Of a DNA stretch of 43,199 bases, positions 11,043 through 22,800 are shown in pieces; the stretch's first letter is position 1, and every line of letters begins with the position of its first letter. The notes below the pieces were generated by a model. It searched no databases and was not told the DNA's origin. It was given only the letters and a program-made list of their open reading frames with translations. A program made the position numbers and the translations under genes. The stretch is from Macrostomum lignano (taxonomy: Eukaryota): the NCBI GenBank assembly GCA_002269645.1, contig NIVC01004084.1, forward strand, positions 1 through 43,199, read 5' to 3'.

Positions 11043-14000
11043 ATGTTAAATCGCCAAGTTCTAGGTCTAAAATCAATCCATTTAGCATGGTTTAAAAGAT
11101 CTTTTTGCAAGCTTAAGGTGAGTAGATAACTTTTTTACGTTTGAAATCGAAATTTTCCTTAAAAATATTAGTTTTTTAAAGTGTTCTGCCATAATCAGAA
11201 ATAGGGGCCTAGCATAGGCCTATGACTATAGCTATGGAATGGAACAAGAAGTTGGCAACTGCATAAACATTGATGCCTAGGCCTACTACTCTAGAGTCCT
11301 AATGAGCCTAGATTTTGTGAGTTGACAGTAGCAAGTCAACATCAAAGAAATTTAAGTAGCCAATTTGAGCTCAAGTAGGTCTAGGCTAGGTGGGTGCAGC
11401 CAAAACGAAGAGCTTGCGTGCACGGCAGCCGTTCACATAAGCTCAGAATTGCGTGCACGGCGGCTATCTACCTAGTGCTTTATTTGCATGTATGCAGCCG
11501 TACACCTAGTGTTGTAATTGCGTGCACGGCAGCCCTATTGCAGCGCATGGCTTAAGTACGCCAGACGCCTACACAACCTGCGCCACGCTGTGAAATGACT
11601 CACCTGTGAAAGAAACCCTAAAGCAAAATTAACGCAGTTTTGGGTAAACGGCAGGAGTAACTATGACTGTCTTATCCAGCCTAAATGCCTCGGCATCTAA
11701 TTAGTACCGCGCCGCGCCGTACTAATCGCCGCGCGCCATACGCGCCGCGCCGCGCCATATTAGATCCGCGCCGGACACCGTCCGCCAAAATGCCCATGCG
11801 CTGCAATCAGGCACGGCAGCCGGCAATTGGCCGGGACTGGGGCCCTTAAATCCACGCATTGGCATTGCAAACCTAATTAAAAAATATTTTTACTATATTG
11901 TTTTATAATGTTTTATCCCCCGTACACCATGGACTGCAAATGTAATCTTAATTCTTTGTTTTTTTGTTAACTTGAATATTAATTCAAATAGTATATGACT
12001 TACTGTATAAGCCTATAAGATATAGCTCTGCCGTGCACGCAATTCTGAGCTTACGTGAACGGCGGCCGTGCACGCAAGCTCTTCGCAGCCAAAATTGTCA
12101 TATTCAAAATCTTCATATGATGATGACGACTTGAACAAATCTGGAAGACTTAAATGTTTAAATATGGCGATTTTTACCAAAGGCAAAGGTGTATTAATTT
12201 AGGATTTTCCTACCTTCAAGCAAAAATCCCTTGCATGCACCCATAAGTTTATATTAACTGTGTCAATTAATGCTGATTGCTGCATGACTACTACTAAGAC
12301 TAATATATAATAAACAGTAAAGAGATGATGAATATCAAAACTAATGTATGCAAATAAAACTGCCCATATTTTCAAGTTGAGCAGCAGGCTATTCAGTAGA
12401 ACCTGTCCAAAAATACATAGAAGCAGTGTATATTTATATAGCTAAGGGTATATGAACAAATGCATGCTGCTTATATATAGCAGGAAGCCCTTATAAAAAT
12501 CAGACTTTTGTGGCATGAAAGCTAAAATAAGCCACTAACTTTTAAGGCATATGATTTTTTAACACACATTAATGCTTATAGAAGCAAGCAAGTGACACTA
12601 CTTCTGAAGTTCTGGGACACCCCTTGTATTTAGGCTAAATTTTATATCAAAGTAGGCCTACCTTTAAAGCAAACTTTATTGCATACAGCTAGGCTTTGGA
12701 AAGATATTTATATACAATTCATTATCAAAAAGCTATGCCTACTTAATCTTATTAATATTAATTATTTGACTCAACTAAACTACCTAAATATTGAGAAACA
12801 TAAAATAGATTTTGAGATATCAATTATTAGAAGAAAATTCTTATATCATACAAGAATGGCTAGTAATGCATTTACCTTAACTTTAGCCCCCATTATATCT
12901 TACCTTAATATGCATATAGCATGGAAAATACATTTCTTAAGAGTCCTTGACCCCAGGCACTTAAGAGCTTCCCTAGGACCTTTGCACTAAGGTGAAAATA
13001 GTCATTGATTCTTAACTGAAGCCCCCACTACCCTAACAACAGAATGTACTCATGAAATTAAACCTTTATTGGTTAAGTCTCAAATCCCAAGGAATTAAAA
13101 GCTGACATTGCATTGAAAGTGAAAACATTCATTTAACTTTTTGCTCTTATCGAAAATGATATTTTAAAAAAACCCTTTAACAGCCTTTGGTTTGTGCCAG
13201 TCAGCTGCACACCTCCTCAGCCCTGTGGAAGCAGCTGGTCCAGTTCCGCCTATCAGACATTGGCGAAGGTATTCGCCAGGTCACCATTAAGGAGTGGTTT
13301 GTGAAGCCTGGGGATCAGGTGGCCCAGTTTGACAGCATCTGCGAGGTGCAGAGCGACAAAGCTGCCGTCACCATCACTTCCAGGTCTGTGTGCCCAGACT
13401 GCTGCTGTGATCCCTGACAATGAGTTACCACCCTTCTCAGTTGCTGGGCCAACAGCCTCCCAGATCCTCAGTTGCTGGTCCAACAGCCTCCCAGATCCTC
13501 AGTTGCTGGGCCAACAGCCTCCTAGATCCTCAGTTGCTGGGCCAACAGCCTCCCAGATCCTCAGTTGCTGGTCCAACACCCTCCCAGATCCTCAGTTGCT
13601 GGGCCAAAAGCCTCCCAGATCCTCAGTTGCTGGTCCAACAGCCTCCTAGATCCTCAGTTGCTGGTCCAACAGCCTCCTAGATCCTCAGTTGCTGGTCCAA
13701 CAGCCTCCTAGATCCTCAGTTGCTGGGCCAACAGCCTCCTAAATCCTGAGTTGCTGGGCCAACAGCCTCCCAGATCCTCAGTTGCTGGTCCAACAGCCTC
13801 CCAGATTCTCAGTTGCTGGTCCAACACCCTCCCAGATTCTCAGTTGCTGGTCCAACACCCTCTCAGATCCTCAGTTGCTGGCCCAGCTTCCCAGATCCTC
13901 AGTTGCTGGGCCGCGGCCCTCATCGTCCTTACTCTTTATTCCAAAACCCAAACACCCTCAGGTACGACGGCATCATCAAGAAGCTGTACTACGACGTGGA

Positions 14001-16229
14001 CGACACTGGGCACGTCGGCCAGCCTCTGGTAGACATCGAAGTTGAAGAGGCCGAATCCGAGAACAGCGACAGCGAAGACGGCTCTGAAGATGCTGAAGAG
14101 GCCCGAGCTTCCAGCTCCACTGCCAGGCCTGCGGCGACTGCCGCTTCCGGCGGAAGAGTCGGCGGTGGCAGCGGCCGCGCCCTGGCCACCCCGGCCGTTC
14201 GCCGTCTGGCCGCCGAGCACCGGATCGACCTGAGCAGCGTTGCAGGCACCGGGCGGGACGGTCGCGTGCTCAAAGAGGACATTCTGGCCTACATTGCGGG
14301 CCAGCCCACCGCAGCTTCGGCGTCGGCTTCGACAGCGGCGCCAGCGACTCTGCCTCGCGCGCCAGTGTCTGCACCAGCCTCGCCCGCGGCGGCCACATCC
14401 ACACCCGCAGCAGCCGCCGCCGCCGCCGCCATCCCGGCGGTTGCTGCGGAGGACCGCAAGGCGCCAATCCGGGGAGTGCAACGGGCCATGTTCCAGAGCA
14501 TGACCCAGGCGGCACAGATTCCCCACTTCACTTATAGCGATGAAGTTGACCTCACCCGGCTGTTCCAGTGGCGCAAGCGGCTGAACCAGTCGTTGGAAGT
14601 GGCCGGAGGCGGCGGCCTGACGTTTATGCCGTTCTTTTTAAAGGCGATGTCGCTGGCTCTTAGAGAGCAGCCGGTGCTCAATGCTCACCTGATTGAAGAG
14701 GATCATCTGCTTATTAAGGTGAGAGGATTGCCAATGAGATTAAAGTAAGTCTCTAGATCACAGAAGTCGGCCTCTAGATCACATAAATCGGTCTCTAGAT
14801 CACAGAAATCAGTCTTTTAGATCACAGAAATCAATTGTCTCTAGATCACAGAAGTCGGCCTCTAGATCTCAGAAGTCGGCCTCTAGATCAAAAAAATCGA
14901 TCATCTCTAGATCAAAGAAATCAGCTCTAGATCACAGAAATCAATTGTCTCTAGATCACAGAAGTCGGCCTTTAGATCAAAGAAATCGATCATCTCTAGA
15001 TCAAAGAAATCGGTCTCTAGATCACAGAAATCAATTGTCTCTAGATCACAGAAGTCGGCCTCTAGATCACATAAATCGGCCTCTAGATCACATAAATCGG
15101 CCTCTAGATCACATAAATCGGTCCCTAGATCACATAAATCGGTCCCTAGATCACATAAATCGGTCCCTAGATCACATAAATCGGTCCCTAGATCACATAA
15201 ATCGGTCCCTAGATCACAAAAACTCGCTGATTACCCATTTCTAATCACAGGGAAGCTGGCATCTCCATTCGCATCTCCCAAATCTCCATCAATTGCTAGG
15301 CGAGCCACAACATCGGGGTGGCTGTGGACTCTCCGTCAGGCCTCCTGGTGCCCTGCGTGCACTCCGTTGACCAGCTCAGCGTGCTGGAAATTTCTGACGT
15401 CCTTCGCGGCCTCGTAGACGCCGGCCGGTCCGGCAAGCTGACGCCCGCCCAGCTCACTGGCGGCACCATCGCGCTGTCAAACATTGGCAACATCGGCGGC
15501 ACCTACACTAAGCCCGTGATTCAACCGCCGCAGGTAAGCCAAGATTGTAATTTAAAATTTCATGCCGATTCAAGTGTCTTTTCGATACATATCGGATGCA
15601 ACAATATGTCGCTTTTTCTTTAAGTATCTGTACTAAGATTGGTATACAGTTTCACTGAGAAGCGTAACCAAAATCTTTTATCCGATATGTATCGGAAAAA
15701 CACTTTTTCAATGTGTTAGCAAAATAATTTATCCGATATGTAGTATACGTTACTCTAACCGCCTGATTCGTAAATAAATAATTCTTTACCCGATATGTAT
15801 CGAAAGGATACTTTTACAGTGTGTCTGAAACAGGCATTGTCCGCTATATCCGATATGTATCGAAAAGATACTTTTACAGTGAGTCTAAAATAGTCTTTAC
15901 CTGAAATATCCGATATGTATCGAAAAGATACTTTACAAAGTGTCTAAAATAGGCTTTACCCGTTGTACTCAATTACAATAACTATTGATAAACTCACAGA
16001 ATCTCGCAAACGCTTATCTACTCTCGCCCAGGTGTGCATTGGCGCCGTAGGCCGAGCCCGCCCGTTGCCTCGCTTCGATTCCAACGGCTCGGTCACCGCC
16101 GCCCAGATAATGTGCGTGTCCTGGTCAGCCGATCACCGCGTCATCGACGGCGCCACAGTGGCCAGGTTCAGCAACCGGTGGAAGCAGATGCTGGAACAGC
16201 CGGAGCATTTCCTGCTGTACCTGAAATAG
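11043..16229 (+). CDS. DBT: Dihydrolipoamide branched-chain transacylase E2 (BCKDH E2), ~487 aa, 5 exons
   Basis: Exons 11043-11117 (tentative, transit-peptide-like [25 protein letters not shown]), 13184-13383, 13962-14718, 15300-15533, 16032-16229; all GT-AG and phase-consistent (1464 bp). Motifs: [10 protein letters not shown], lipoyl [16 protein letters not shown]...[14 protein letters not shown], catalytic DHRVIDG. Confidence 0.93.
11406..12085. mobile_element. Non-autonomous TIR DNA transposon (680 bp, MULE-like by TSD length)
   Basis: ~62-bp terminal inverted repeats (CGAAGAGCTTGCGTGCACGGC... at 11406-11467; ...GCCGTGCACGCAAGCTCTTCG at 12022-12085), flanked by the 9-bp direct repeat CAGCCAAAA (11397-11405, 12086-12094). 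No ORF. Confidence 0.88.
11642..11704 (+). other. Degenerate 28S rDNA-derived segment (H69-H71, R2/I-PpoI target region) inside the TIR element
   Basis: GGGTAAACGGCAGGAGTAACTATGACTGTCTTATCCAGCCTAAATGCCTCGGCATCTAATTAG versus the conserved 28S GGGTAAACGGCGGGAGTAACTATGACTCTCTTAAGGTAGCCAAATGCCTCGTCATCTAATTAG. Not a functional rRNA gene. Confidence 0.88.
13432..13910. repeat. 31-bp minisatellite (CCTCAGTTGCTGGGCCAACAGCCTCCCAGAT) in DBT intron 2
   Basis: About 15 tandem copies, seen directly. Confidence 0.95.
14750..15220. repeat. ~21-bp minisatellite (CTCTAGATCACATAAATCGGC and variants) in DBT intron 3
   Basis: Tandem copies seen directly. Confidence 0.95.
15571..15960. repeat. Spaced repeat ATCCGATATGTATCGAAAAGATACTT, one inverted plus several direct copies, in DBT intron 4
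   Basis: Inverted copy at 15571-15598; direct copies near 15680, 15731, 15789, 15848 and 15908. Confidence 0.8.
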
Positions 16230-16309
16230 TGGCTCCTCTGCTGTAGAAGTTCAGCTTATTAATAGGAACTGTGGTGAAGATTGAAATTAGTCTTTGATTA
16301 GCAATGAAA

Positions 16310-16520
16310 TATAGGGAAAGAGATAGGGGAGATGAAGGGAGAGATAGGTTAGATGAAGGGAGTGAGATTAAGGAGATGAAATGAGAGAGATAGGTTAGAT
16401 GAAGGAAGATAGATTGAGGGAGATTAAGGCAGTGAAATTGGGGAAATGAAAGGAGAGAGGTAGGTTAGATGAAGGGAGAGAGATTATGGAGACTGTGGAG
16501 ATGCAGGAGAAGAGATTAAG
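16310..16520. repeat. GA-rich low-complexity tract downstream of the DBT stop
   Basis: Repeated GAGATAGGTTAGATGAAGG-like units. Confidence 0.75.
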
Positions 16521-17159
16521 GGATGGCCTTTGGCCGTTGCTAAGGGCGTTGCTAATCAAGCCTTGCTGTAGTGTTATTATTTCATAGAGACCATTAAAAA
16601 TCATATTCTTAAACAATGCTGCAAAGTATGTCACATATTGCTAGGATACAGATAGAATGGTGTGAAGTATCTTTTTTAATTCACTCGTTTGCGTTTTCAT
16701 TTGTGTTTTTAATCAGCTTTTTGCAGAGTTGCTGAATTATGAGTAAGCGAGCCTCAGTTAGCTTAGGTCTTTGTTTCAAGTTCTAAGCGGAATCTCCGTG
16801 ATCTGCTGTATTCAATTGTCCATGCAAACATTCAGTTATATATAGTAGTTTAAAAAGAACGCTTTGCCATATACTTGCTGCACTACTGACTTGGCGCCTT
16901 TGTCAGTAGTAACATTAACATTTTTGTTACTTAAATTATTGTTTGGACTTGGCTTTCTTAATAAAACAATTGCAAAGAAATGCGTTCCATCTCCATTTTC
17001 CATTCCTAAATTAGTTTGTTAATAAATTACACTTGAAAAAACATTCTTATCTGCTTTCAATTCTTGTTTTGTTGGATTTGTAGCAGCAGAATAATCAAAG
17101 CATTGTTGCGATTAATTCGTAAATTTTTTCATTCATTTGCACTTGGGTACCGGAGGGTG

Positions 17160-17930
17160 TCTTATTGAGCAGCTGTGCTCAGGGCAGGCGCTTGGACAAT
17201 AGACAGTTTGCAAATCTTCAGCTGCTCAGGGCAAGCAGCTTGGGACCATCGACAGTTTGCAAAGCTCATTGAGCGAAATTAGAGAGGGAGGCTTTGGCCC
17301 ATAGACAGTTTGCAAAGCTCATTGAGCGGAATTAGGGAGGGGGCTTGGCCCATAGACAGTTTGCAAAGCTCATTGAGCGAAATTAGAGAGGGAGGCTTTG
17401 GCCCATAGACAGTTTGCAAAGCTCATTGAGCGAAATTAGGGAGGGGGCTTGGCCCATAGACAGTTTGCAAAGCTCATTGAGCGAAATTAGGGAGGGGGGC
17501 TTTGGCCCATAGACAGTTTGCAAAGCTCATTGAGCGAAATTAGGGAGGGGGGCTTTGGCCCATAGACAGTTTGCAAAGCTCATTGAGCGAAATTAGGGAG
17601 GGGGGCTTTGGCCCATAGACAGTTTGCAAAGCTCAATGAGCGAAATTAGAGAGGGAGGCTTTGGCCCATAGACAGTTTGCAAAGCTCATTGAGCGGAATT
17701 AGGGAGGGGGCTTGGCCCATAGACAGTTTGCAAAGCTCATTGAGCGGAATTAGGGAGGGGGCTTGGCCCATAGACAGTTTGCAAAGCTCATTGAGCGAAA
17801 TTAGAGAGGGAGGCTTTGGCCCATAGACAGTTTGCAAAGCTCATTGAGCGGAATTAGGGAGGGGGCTTGGCCCATAGACAGTTTGCAAAGCTCATTGAGC
17901 AGCTGTGCTGAGGGCAGACGGCTTGGCCCA
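17160..17930. repeat. ~51-54-bp minisatellite (GCCCATAGACAGTTTGCAAAGCTCATTGAGCG...)
   Basis: About 14 tandem copies between the convergent DBT and MPP genes. Confidence 0.95.
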
Positions 17931-18984
17931 TATGCACCCGTGTTTGCTTAAAATCAACGAAAACAGCACCATTTAGACAGCTAGCAAATTTTGCGACTTT
18001 TAAAACGGCAATAATGCAGCACAACATATCATACGGAATGTGTTTGCCTGCAAAGTGTTTATTTTATAATGTAGTCATGATAAACGAGAGTTTTACGAGG
18101 TAAACACTAAATAATATTAATATTATTTAATATTCCGTCTGGGGGGTCTAATGAGGTTGAATCAATTAGTAAATAATTAAGTACAAACTTGTACTGATGC
18201 AAAACAAAAGTGCGCATTTAAAAAAGGCTTTAACAAATTATTGCATAAACAAATGATACTGAAATAGAATTTTTACACGTGATAAACGGTTCCTAACAAC
18301 AGTGTTGATTGCTTTGAAATATGAAATTTTATGTCGTCAGTACTAATTATTAGTACAGTTGCTTAAAAGCTACGAGTATTTAGAGGAATTTTTTTTAAAT
18401 TTTATCAACTTTTCAACCAAAGTTGGGATTGTCACGATAGCCGAAATTTTAGAATCTGGAATGAAAAATATGCTTTTTAGAGTTTTGAAATATAATTGGC
18501 ACCGTTTTGACTTAAAACGACATGAAAAGTCCTAATTTTAATTCCCGGAGCAAAATTTGCGCCAATTTAAATTTTCGAATGAAATTTTCGTGATTTTTTA
18601 TTTCAGAATTAAATTGGCACCAATTTGAATTTAAATGAATGGTCGTGATTTTGAACCCCAGAAAAAAATTGGAGCGATTTAGATGTGTGTATGTAATGAA
18701 ATGATAATGAACTTTTAATTTCGCACTGAAATGAGGCCACCAACCAAAGGAAATGGATAAATTATAAGCTGCAAAGGTTACCAAAATAATCAATGAACGT
18801 CATTAAGTGTACGAGCACAAAACGTGCCAATATATAGTGATAAAAACAATGATGACCAAAAAATAAGTTGTTTAACTAATAAATTTTGCCGAAAAAAGAT
18901 TTCAGGTAAATCAATAACCAAAATCAATTATATTCACAGTTAATACATCCGGATATTTAACTGATGAAGCGCACAGGAACGGAG

Positions 18985-19757
18985 CATCAAAGGGGCGCCG
19001 CAATGGGAGCATCAAAGGGCGCCACAATGGGAGCATCAAATGGCACCACAATGGGAGCATCAAAGGGGCGCCACAATGGGAGCATCAAAGGGGCGCCGCA
19101 ATGGGAGCATCAAAGGGGCGCCGCAATGGGAGCATCAAAGGGGCGCCGCAATGGGAGCATCAATGGGGCGCCACAATGGGAGCATCAAAGGGCGCCGCAA
19201 TGGGAGCATCAAAGGGGCGCCGCAATGGGAGCATCAAAGGGGCGCCGCAATGGGAGCATCAAAGGGGCGCCGCAATGGGAGCATCAAAGGGGCGCCGCAA
19301 TGGGAGCATCAAAGGGGCGCCGCAATGGGAGCATCAAAGGGGCGCCACAATGGGAGCATCAAAGGGGCGCCGCAATGGGAGCATCAAAGGGGCGCCGCAA
19401 TGGGAGCATCAAAGGGGCGCCGCAATGGGAGCATCAAAGGGGCGCCGCAATGGGAGCATCAAAGGGGCGCCGCAATGGGAGCATCAAAGGGGCGCCGCAA
19501 TGGGAGCATCAAAGGGGCGCCGCAATGGGAGCATCAAAGGGGCGCCGCAATGGGAGCATCAAAGGGGCGCCGCAATGGGAGCATCAAAGGGGCGCCGCAA
19601 TGGGAGCATCAAAGGGGCGCCGCAATGGGAGCATCAAAGGGGCGCCGCAATGGGAGCATCAAAGGGGCGCCGCAATGGGAGCATCAAAGGGCGCCACAAT
19701 GGGAGCATCAAATGGCACCACAATGGGAGCATCAAAGGGGCGCCGCAATGGGAGCAT
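18985..19757. repeat. 25-bp minisatellite (GGGAGCATCAAAGGGGCGCCGCAAT)
   Basis: About 30 near-identical copies; the three-frame cycling ORFs are consistent with a 25-bp period. Confidence 0.95.
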
Positions 19758-19883
19758 CCACTGCTAAATTTAATGCGACTTGCAGGTGGAAGATGGCAGT
19801 AATTAGACCAGTTTGTTGCACATGCAGGTGCAAAATTAAAGCTGTCGCTAAAAACAGCCAGGTTAGCAATACCTGCTGCCAGA

Positions 19884-22800
19884 TCACATCTCGGGTTCCA
19901 CCCAGCCCGCTGGCACCCATCGGCCCTCCGCTTCGGCCGTGGCAACAGCGTTGAGCACCTCAGTCTGAGTGCTGCTCAAACCGTCGCACAGGATTGCTGA
20001 ATCGAACAGCGGCCTGTACAGCTTCTCCAGTTTGACGCTCTGTCTGACAGCATCCTGCAGCTGCTGCTCGGAGCCGGGCTCCTCAGACTCCGGCACCAGG
20101 CCCAGGGACTGCGCCTCGGCCAACAGCTCGCGCTGGGCAGCCACGTCCGGGGTGGCCAGGAACAGCACAAGCGGACGCAACTCCGCCAGGCGGAGGCGGC
20201 GCACGGCCGACGGGTGACAGTCGAGGACAACGGTGAGGCCGGATGAGGCGCCGGTGGAGACTGAGCCGCGGACCGACTCCAGGCTGAGGCCGATCAGGTC
20301 TCCGCTGCTCGGGAAGGAGGGAGGAGTTTATGTATATCTAACAGTTCCCTGTGTTAGACAGCACCGGTGTTAGATAGCACCTGTGTTAGAGAGCAACTGT
20401 GTTAGACAGCACCTGTGTTAGACAGCACATGTGTTAGACAGCACCTGTGTTAGAAAGCACCTGTGTTAGGCATCACACAGAATCACCGGTGTTAGGCATC
20501 ACACAGAATCACCGGTGTTAGACACCTCAGAATCACGGGTGTTAGGCACCACAGAATCACCGGTGTTAGGCACCACAGAATCACCGGTGTTAGGCACCAC
20601 AGAATCACCGGTGTTAGACACCACAGAATCACCGGTGTTATACACCACAGAATCACCGGTGTTAGACACCACAGAATCACCGGTGTTAGACACCACAGAA
20701 TCACCGGTGTTAGACACCACAGAATCACCGGTGTTATACACCACAGAATCACCGGTGTTAGACACCTCAGAATCACCGGTGTTAGACACCACAGAATCAC
20801 CGGTGTTATACACCACAGAATCACCGGTGTTAGACACCTCAGAATCACCGGTGTTAGACACCTCAGAATCACCGGTGTTAGAAACCACAGAATCACCGGT
20901 GTTATACACCACAGAATCACCGGTGTTAGACACCTCAGAATCACCGGTGTTAGACCCAAGACACTGAGATTTGAGTCCCTGCTCACCCGTCGCCAGCAAC
21001 ATCGTTGCCCAGTCTCCGGAACTCCACAAAGTCGCCAGCGGCAATGGCTGCCAGCATCTCCTGCCTCGGCATGAACTCGAGGTCGCCGCCGGCGTCTCCG
21101 CATCGCTCCGGATCGCTGGATGTGAGCCTTGGGGCGGCAAACTTCAAAGGATACTGCCTGCAGAGCCACCTGCGCAGCAGGTCTCTGCCCACAGCGCAGC
21201 CGGGCCCAGTGAGCACCAGCAGGGAGACGGGGCTCGGTGCGAGCCTGGCGACGTCCTCGTAGAGCGCCAGCTCGGCGCGATCAAAATCGGCAGCTGATTG
21301 GGCTCTGTACATCACCGGCTTCTGATGGTGCAGCTTGGTGTACAGCTGCTTCACTGCGGGGCGACAGAGACGGAGATGGAGAGCCATAAACTCCTTCTTA
21401 GATTCAATAAACTCCTTCTTAGATTCAATAAACTCCTCTTAGATTCAATAAACTCCCTCTTAGATTCAATAAACTCCCTCTTAGATTCAATAAACTCCCT
21501 CTTAGATTCAATAAACTCCCTCTTAGATTCAATAAACTCCTTCTTAGATTCAATAAACTCCTTCTTAGATTCAATAAACTCCTTCTTAGATTCAATAAAC
21601 TCCTTCTTAGATTCAATAAACTCCCTCTTAGATTCAATAAACTGCTTCTTAGATTCAATAAACTCCTTCTTAGATTCAATAAACTCCTTCTTAGATTCAA
21701 TAAACTCCTTCTTAGATTCAATAAACTCCTTCTTAGATTCAATAAACTCCTTCTTAGATTCAATAAACTCCCTCTTAGATTCAATAAACTCCCTCTTAGA
21801 TTCAATAAACTCCCTCTTAGATTCAATAAACTCCTTCTTAGATTCAATAAACTCCTTCTTAGATTCAATAAACTCCCTCTTAGATTCAATAAACTCCCTC
21901 TTAGATTCAATAAACTCCCTCTTAGATTCAATAAACTCCTTCTTAGATTCAATAAACTCCTTCTTAGATTCAATAAACTCCTTCTTAGATTCAATAAACT
22001 CCTTCTTAGATTCAATAAACTCCCTCTTAGATTCAATAAACTCCCTCTTAGATTCAATAAACTCCCTCTTAGATTCAATAAACTCCTTCTTAGATTCAAT
22101 AAACTCCTTCTTAGATTCAATAAACTCCTTCTTAGATTCAATAAACTCCCTCTTAGATTCAATAAACTCCCTCTTAGATTCAATAAACTCCTTAGATTCA
22201 ATAAACTCCTTCTTAGATTCAATAAACTCCCTCTTAGATTCAATAAACTCCCTCTTAGATTCAATAAACTCCCTCTTAGATTCAATAAACTCCTTCTTAG
22301 ATTCAATAAACTCCTTCTTAGATTCAATAAACTCCTTCTTAGATTCAATAAACTCCCTCTTAGATTCAATAAACTCCCTCTTAGATTCAATAAACTCCCT
22401 CTTAGATTCAATAAACTCCTTCTTAGATTCAATAAACTCCTTCTTAGATTCAATAAACTCCTTCTTAGATTCAATAAACTCCTTCTTAGATTCAATAAAC
22501 TCCTTCTTAGATTCAATAAACTCCTTCTTAGATTCAATAAACTCCTTCTTAGATTCAATAAACTCCTTCTTAGATTCAATAAACTCCTTCTTAGATTCAA
22601 TAAACTCCCTCTTAGATTCAATAAACTCCTTCTTAGATTCAATAAACTCCTTCTTAGATTCAATAAACTCCTTCTTAGATTCAATAAACTCCCTCTTAGA
22701 TTCAATAAACTCCTTCTTAGATTCAATAAACTCCTTCTTAGATTCAATAAACTCCTTCTTAGATTCAATAAACTCCTTCTTAGATTCAATAAACTCCTTC

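Noticed and set aside
11642-11704. Functional rRNA gene
   Set aside because: Only ~63 bp, with non-compensatory changes in H69, and embedded in a TIR element.
18964-19954. Long repetitive ORFs (GAPQWEHQR...)
   Set aside because: Three-frame cycling of a 25-bp tandem repeat, with no splice or domain support.
20312-20335. GGAGTTTAT match to the reverse complement of the 21-bp satellite unit in the neighbouring intron
   Set aside because: About 9 bp only; compatible with chance in a polypyrimidine tract.
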